From NCBI GenBank assembly GCA_963702205.1, contig OY969724.1, forward strand, positions 2,208,001 to 2,272,000: a stretch of DNA of 64,000 nt. Reading direction: 5' to 3'. This stretch comes from an uncultured candidate division Zixibacteria bacterium. GTDB lineage: Bacteria > Zixibacteria > MSB-5A5 > GN15 > PGXB01. This document shows, one piece after another, positions 55,872 to 64,000 of the stretch. The notes under the pieces are model-generated. The model searched no databases and was not told where the DNA came from. It saw nothing but the letters and a program-made list of their open reading frames with translations. The position numbers were made by a program, and so were the translations under genes. How positions within the stretch are numbered: position 1 is the first letter of the stretch; each line of letters starts with the position of its first letter.

Positions 55872-57074
55872 ATGGCGAAAGAGAAATTTATAAGAAACAA
55901 GCCGCACGTAAACGTGGGCACGATCGGTCACGTGGACCACGGCAAGACGACCCTGACGGCGGCGATCACGATGTATCTGAGCTCCCTGGGGATGTCTCAG
56001 GTTCGGACGTTTGACTCGATCGACAATGCCCCGGAAGAAAAAGAACGCGGTATCACGATCGCGACGGCTCACGTCGAATACGAGACGACCAAGCGTCACT
56101 ATGCTCACGTGGACTGTCCCGGTCACGCCGACTATGTCAAGAACATGATCACGGGTGCGGCCCAGATGGACGGAGCGATTCTGGTGGTGTCGGCGGCCGA
56201 CGGCCCGATGCCTCAGACGCGAGAGCATATTCTTCTGGCTCGTCAGGTGGGAGTCCCGTACATCGTCGTTTTCATGAATAAAGTCGACATGGTCGACGAT
56301 CCCGAGCTCCTGGACCTGGTGGAACTGGAAGTTCGTGACCTTCTGACGCAGTATCAGTTTCCGGGTGATGATATTCCGGTGATACGCGGCAGTGCTCTGG
56401 AAGCCATGACCAACGGGGCCAACGGCGTCAAGGATCATCCTTCGTACAAGGCTCTCGATGAACTTCTGAAAGCTCTGGATGAATATATTCCGGAGCCTCA
56501 GCGTGAGACCGACAAGCCGTTTCTGATGCCGGTCGAGGACGTCTTCTCGATCACCGGTCGGGGGACGGTCGGGACGGGTCGTATCGAGCGGGGTATGATT
56601 CATACCGGAGACGAAGTCGAACGGGTCGGCATTCGTGAGACGAAGAAGACGGTCTGCACGGGTGTCGAGATGTTCCGCAAGATACTGGATGAAGGTCAGG
56701 CGGGCGACAACGTGGGACTGCTTTTGCGAGGTATAGAAAAGACCGATCTGGAACGCGGCATGGTCCTGGCCAAGCCGGGTTCGATTACGCCTCACACCAA
56801 GTTCAAAGCAGAAGTTTACGTTTTGAGCAAGGAAGAGGGTGGTCGTCACACGCCGTTCTTTGGCGGCTATCGTCCGCAGTTTTATTTTCGGACGACGGAC
56901 GTGACGGGAGAAGTTAAGTTGCCGGAAGGCGTGGAGATGGTAATGCCGGGCGACAATATCCGGATCGAAGCGGCTTTGATCACCCCGATCGCGATGGAGA
57001 AAGAACTTCGTTTCGCGGTTCGTGAGGGTGGCCGAACGGTCGGCGCCGGTGTGATCACCGAAGTTATCGAATAG
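55872..57074 (+). CDS. tuf: Elongation factor Tu
   Basis: [34 protein letters not shown]; true start ATG 55872. Confidence 0.98.
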   Translation: MAKEKFIRNKPHVNVGTIGHVDHGKTTLTAAITMYLSSLGMSQVRTFDSIDNAPEEKERGITIATAHVEYETTKRHYAHVDCPGHADYVKNMITGAAQMDGAILVVSAADGPMPQTREHILLARQVGVPYIVVFMNKVDMVDDPELLDLVELEVRDLLTQYQFPGDDIPVIRGSALEAMTNGANGVKDHPSYKALDELLKALDEYIPEPQRETDKPFLMPVEDVFSITGRGTVGTGRIERGMIHTGDEVERVGIRETKKTVCTGVEMFRKILDEGQAGDNVGLLLRGIEKTDLERGMVLAKPGSITPHTKFKAEVYVLSKEEGGRHTPFFGGYRPQFYFRTTDVTGEVKLPEGVEMVMPGDNIRIEAALITPIAMEKELRFAVREGGRTVGAGVITEVIE

Positions 57075-57101
57075 CGAGGTTTGGAATAGGTACTTATTAA
57101 C

Positions 57102-57174
57102 AGGCCAGTAGCTCTAATGGTAGAGCGCCGGTCTCCAAAACCGGATGTTGGGGGTTCGAGTCCCTCCTGGCCTG
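57102..57174 (+). tRNA. tRNA-Trp (CCA)
   Basis: AGGCCAG...CTGGCCT acceptor stem; CCGGT-CTCCAAA-ACCGG anticodon arm. Confidence 0.97.
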
Positions 57175-57204
57175 CAAATTAAAACTATAAATCAGGACAG
57201 ACTG

Positions 57205-57390
57205 ATGTTTGGGAAAATGATCAAGTTTTTACAGGAAGTCCGGACGGAACTGAATAAAGTTACGTGGCCGACTAAACAGGAATTGATCGGTTCGACCATC
57301 GTGACGGTTGTCGTCACGCTGATTCTTTCGGTCTTTATCGGACTCGTGGACCGAATTTTGTCGTTGGTGACAAAGAATATTTTTGGTTAA
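57205..57390 (+). CDS. secE: Preprotein translocase SecE
   Basis: FLQEVRTELNKVTWP and a single TM; start ATG 57205. Confidence 0.95.
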   Translation: MFGKMIKFLQEVRTELNKVTWPTKQELIGSTIVTVVVTLILSVFIGLVDRILSLVTKNIFG

Positions 57391-57402
57391 AGGAATTAAC
57401 CC

Positions 57403-57951
57403 ATGGCGCTTCGCTGGTACGCGGTACATACATATTCCGGTCATGAGCAAAAGGCCAAGAAATATCTTGAGTCGGCCGTAGCCACAGCCGGGCTGGAATC
57501 AAAATTCGGGCAAGTAGTGGTCCCGACCGAACAGGTTACGGAGATGAAACAGGGGCTCCGTAAAACGTCGACCAAGAAATTTTTGCCGAGTTATATTTTG
57601 GTTGAGATGGAACTCGACCGTGCAACGCAGAACCTGGTCGTTTCCACCCCGAGCATAACGAATTTCGTCGGAGCGGCGGGCAAACCACAGCCGCTCAGAA
57701 AATCCGAAGTGGAACGGATAATGGGTCAAATCGACCGCTCGCGCACCGAAGAGGCCACCGAGGTCCCGTACCAGGCGGGAGACGCCGTCAAGGTCATCGA
57801 CGGTCCTTTCGCGGATTTCTCGGGATTCGTCAGCGAGGTTAACCTGGAACGCAAGAAAGTAAAAGTAATGGTGTCGATCTTCGGACGGCCGACCCCGGTC
57901 GAACTCGATTTCCTTCAAATAGAACCGGTTAAACAGAAAAATCAGTCTTAA
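57403..57951 (+). CDS. nusG: Transcription factor NusG
   Basis: WYAVHTYSGHE, KOW GDAVKVIDGPF, IFGRPTPVELDF. Confidence 0.97.
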   Translation: MALRWYAVHTYSGHEQKAKKYLESAVATAGLESKFGQVVVPTEQVTEMKQGLRKTSTKKFLPSYILVEMELDRATQNLVVSTPSITNFVGAAGKPQPLRKSEVERIMGQIDRSRTEEATEVPYQAGDAVKVIDGPFADFSGFVSEVNLERKKVKVMVSIFGRPTPVELDFLQIEPVKQKNQS

Positions 57952-57971
57952 TTTGATATCGGAGTAGTACA

Positions 57972-58397
57972 TTGGCCAAGAAAATACAGACGTACATCAA
58001 GCTGCAGATTCCGGCCGGAAACGCCAACCCGGCGCCCCCGGTAGGGCCGGCTCTCGGCCAGCACGGCGTCAATATAATGGAGTTTTGCAAAGCTTTCAAC
58101 GCCCAGACCCAGAGTCTCGGGGGGATTTTGACCCCGGTCGTGATTACGGTTTATGTCGACAAGACGTTCACGTTCATCACCAAGACGCCCCCCGCGTCGA
58201 CCCTGCTGAAAAAGGCAGTCAACGTGCAAAAGGGATCGGGCGAGCCGAACCGAAACAAAGTCGGAAAAGTGTCGCAGAAGCAGCTGCGCGAAATAGCTGA
58301 ATTGAAAATGACCGACCTGAATGCCGCCAGCGTGGAAAACGCGATGATGATGATCGCCGGCACGGCGCGTTCGATGGGTCTGGAAATAGAAACCTAA
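57972..58397 (+). CDS. rplK: 50S ribosomal protein L11
   Basis: [32 protein letters not shown] start. Confidence 0.98.
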   Translation: MAKKIQTYIKLQIPAGNANPAPPVGPALGQHGVNIMEFCKAFNAQTQSLGGILTPVVITVYVDKTFTFITKTPPASTLLKKAVNVQKGSGEPNRNKVGKVSQKQLREIAELKMTDLNAASVENAMMMIAGTARSMGLEIET

Positions 58398-58454
58398 AAC
58401 TGATTTCGTCAGCACCTGGCGCGCTAAGTACGCGAGCAGGGAGAAAGAGAAGTT

Positions 58455-59162
58455 ATGAAAAATTCCAAACGGTACAGCACCATCCGAGAAAAGGTCGACC
58501 GTAACAGGCTCTACACGATCGAAGAAGCCGTTGGACTCATTAAAGAGACCGGCATTGCCAAATTCGATGAGACGGTAGAGCTGTCGGCCCGGCTCGGGGT
58601 AGACCCCAAACACGCCGACCAGATGGTTCGCGGGACGGTGGCCCTTCCTCACGGAACCGGCAAAAAGGTCCGTATTCTGGTTTTTGCAGTCGGTGAAAAG
58701 GAGCAGGAGGCCAGGGCGGCCGGGGCCGATTTTGTCGGTGCGGACGACCTGGTAGAAAAAATCAAAGGCGGTTGGTTCGATTTTGACGTCGCCGTCGCCA
58801 CGCCTGATATGATGAAAGTCATGGGCGCACTGGGCAAGCTGCTCGGCCCGAGGGGCCTTATGCCTAACCCCAAAGCCGGTACGGTTACCATGGACGTGGC
58901 TAAAGCCGTCCAGGAACTGAAAGCCGGTCGTATCGAGTACCGCGTTGATCGTCAGGCCATCGTGGCCGTTCCGGTAGGCAAAGTTTCGTTTACCAGTGAA
59001 CAGCTCGTGCAAAATATCAAAGCCTTCATTGACGCCCTGCTGAAAGCCAAACCGGCATCAGCCAAAGGGACTTATATGAAGGGCGTTTCGGTCAGTTCGA
59101 CAATGGGAATCGGAGTCAAACTGGATTATCAATCGCTTGTTGTGGATTTGAAGAAAGGATAG
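58455..59162 (+). CDS. rplA: 50S ribosomal protein L1
   Basis: [35 protein letters not shown]. Confidence 0.98.
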   Translation: MKNSKRYSTIREKVDRNRLYTIEEAVGLIKETGIAKFDETVELSARLGVDPKHADQMVRGTVALPHGTGKKVRILVFAVGEKEQEARAAGADFVGADDLVEKIKGGWFDFDVAVATPDMMKVMGALGKLLGPRGLMPNPKAGTVTMDVAKAVQELKAGRIEYRVDRQAIVAVPVGKVSFTSEQLVQNIKAFIDALLKAKPASAKGTYMKGVSVSSTMGIGVKLDYQSLVVDLKKG

Positions 59163-59166
59163 GACC

Positions 59167-59682
59167 ATGCCGAAGCCGGACAAAATCGAAGCTGTTGCCA
59201 AGCTCAAGCAGATGATGAACGACGCCTCGTCGGTTTTCGTAACCGATTACACGGGACTCAATGTCGCAGAAATTACCAGGCTCCGCAAAGATTTGCGCGA
59301 GAATTCTGTAAAGTACCTGGTGGCCAAGAACACGCTGATGAAAATTGCCGCCGCCGACGCCGGTCTGGACAAACTGAACGAGTTCTTCCAGGGACAAACC
59401 GGTCTCGCGTTCGGCGCCGATGATCCCTCGGTGGCCGCCAAGATCTTGTATGATTCGTTCAAGAAGATCGAAAAGCCGGTCATTAAGGCTTTTATTCTTG
59501 AAGATGAATTTTATTCGGGAAGTGAAATTACCCGGCTGGCCGAACTCCCGAGCAAAGAAGTTTTGTATTCGATGGTTGTGGCGTCGGTCGAATCGCCGCT
59601 GACCAGCCTGGTTGGCAGCCTTGACGGAATCTTCCAGGAATTGATCGCGACGCTGGAGGTTCTGGAAAAAAGCAAAGCATAG
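59167..59682 (+). CDS. rplJ: 50S ribosomal protein L10
   Basis: DYTGLNV, KNTL, LAELPSKE; position in the operon. Confidence 0.95.
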   Translation: MPKPDKIEAVAKLKQMMNDASSVFVTDYTGLNVAEITRLRKDLRENSVKYLVAKNTLMKIAAADAGLDKLNEFFQGQTGLAFGADDPSVAAKILYDSFKKIEKPVIKAFILEDEFYSGSEITRLAELPSKEVLYSMVVASVESPLTSLVGSLDGIFQELIATLEVLEKSKA

Positions 59683-59808
59683 GAAATTTTGCGGGCTTTG
59701 GCCGAGGCCGGGATCAAGCTTCTACACGAAAGGCCCGTTCGTGTGATCCAAAGGTGCGGCGATTGATATAATAAGTAAGATAAAAAGAATATTGGAAAGG
59801 TTAGAACA

Positions 59809-60189
59809 GTGGCTGAAAACAATGTCATCGATGAAATCGTAGAGAAGATTGCCTCACTTTCGGCAATGGATTTGGCTGATTTATCAAAAGCCATACAGGA
59901 TAAATTTGGTGTTACTCCTATGGCCCCCGTGGCCGCAGCGGCTCCGGCCGGCGGCGGTGAAGCCGTGGTTGAAGAAAAAACCGAATTCGACGTCATGCTC
60001 AATGCCGCCGGAGACAAGAAAATCCAGGTTATTAAGGTCGTGCGTGAACTTACCAGCCTCGGGCTCAAGGAAGCCAAGGATTTGGTCGACAGCGCACCGG
60101 CCAAGGTCCTGGAAGGTGTCTCCAAGGACGACGCCAATAAGGCCATCGAAAAATTGCAGGAAGTCGGGGCCCAAGTGGAGGTTAAATAG
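59809..60189 (+). CDS. rplL: 50S ribosomal protein L7/L12
   Basis: [33 protein letters not shown] start. Confidence 0.97.
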   Translation: MAENNVIDEIVEKIASLSAMDLADLSKAIQDKFGVTPMAPVAAAAPAGGGEAVVEEKTEFDVMLNAAGDKKIQVIKVVRELTSLGLKEAKDLVDSAPAKVLEGVSKDDANKAIEKLQEVGAQVEVK

Positions 60190-60215
60190 TTTTCTGCGAC
60201 TTGGAAACTATTTTT
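60185..60215 (+). terminator. Terminator/attenuator-like hairpin between rplL and rpoB
   Basis: AAATAGTTTTC...GGAAACTATTT followed by T residues. Confidence 0.45.
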
Positions 60216-60443
60216 GTGGAAACCTGTTTACACAATTGATTCCCGCTTTAAATACTTTGACGGCGAATGGTCTGTATTAAGTGGGCTCCCCGAAACAATT
60301 TGAAATTGTACGGGAGAAGAAAGTAGAATTGAAACAGAATCGCCGATGAAGATTGTTATCTTCATTTTGCATTCACCGAATAGACTTCTCTGACCGGATG
60401 AATTGCGGCAGGGGTGTCTATTGTATATTTGGAGGAGGTAACA

Positions 60444-64000
<3,557 letters not shown>

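Overview
Mostly core-genome window of a diderm bacterium, probably FCB superphylum and Zixibacteria-like (inferred from a T9SS SprA, Sec machinery and a tuf-tRNA-Trp-secE order; not checked by search). Gene order: recG, murB, sprA, M28/glutaminyl cyclase, selA-selB, amidohydrolase, nfeD-SPFH, alkA, aspS-phoH-pgpH-ybeY-CBS, glnA, purN-purC-purH, coaBC-udg-dnaB-mlaEF-radA-tgt, uppS-cdsA-UbiA-NlpC-uvrC-xseAB-ispA-dxs-nadK, three tRNAs, tuf-secE-nusG-rplKAJL-rpoB (truncated at the window end). The highlight is a nested mobile structure at 19.3-20.7 kb. An intact IS110 recombinase carries a bridge RNA whose four guides can be read and match this copy's target (TTGACAC-CT-GACG) and donor (ACAGTCG-CT-TGTA). 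It inserted into a REP-like hairpin, carried by a ~169-bp MITE, which itself inserted into a terminator loop. The bridge RNA also contains an 11-nt segment complementary to its own target guide. All three frameshifts I found sit at the same motif (GTACCT), suggesting a modification-driven sequencing error at GTAC. Several genes look leaderless.
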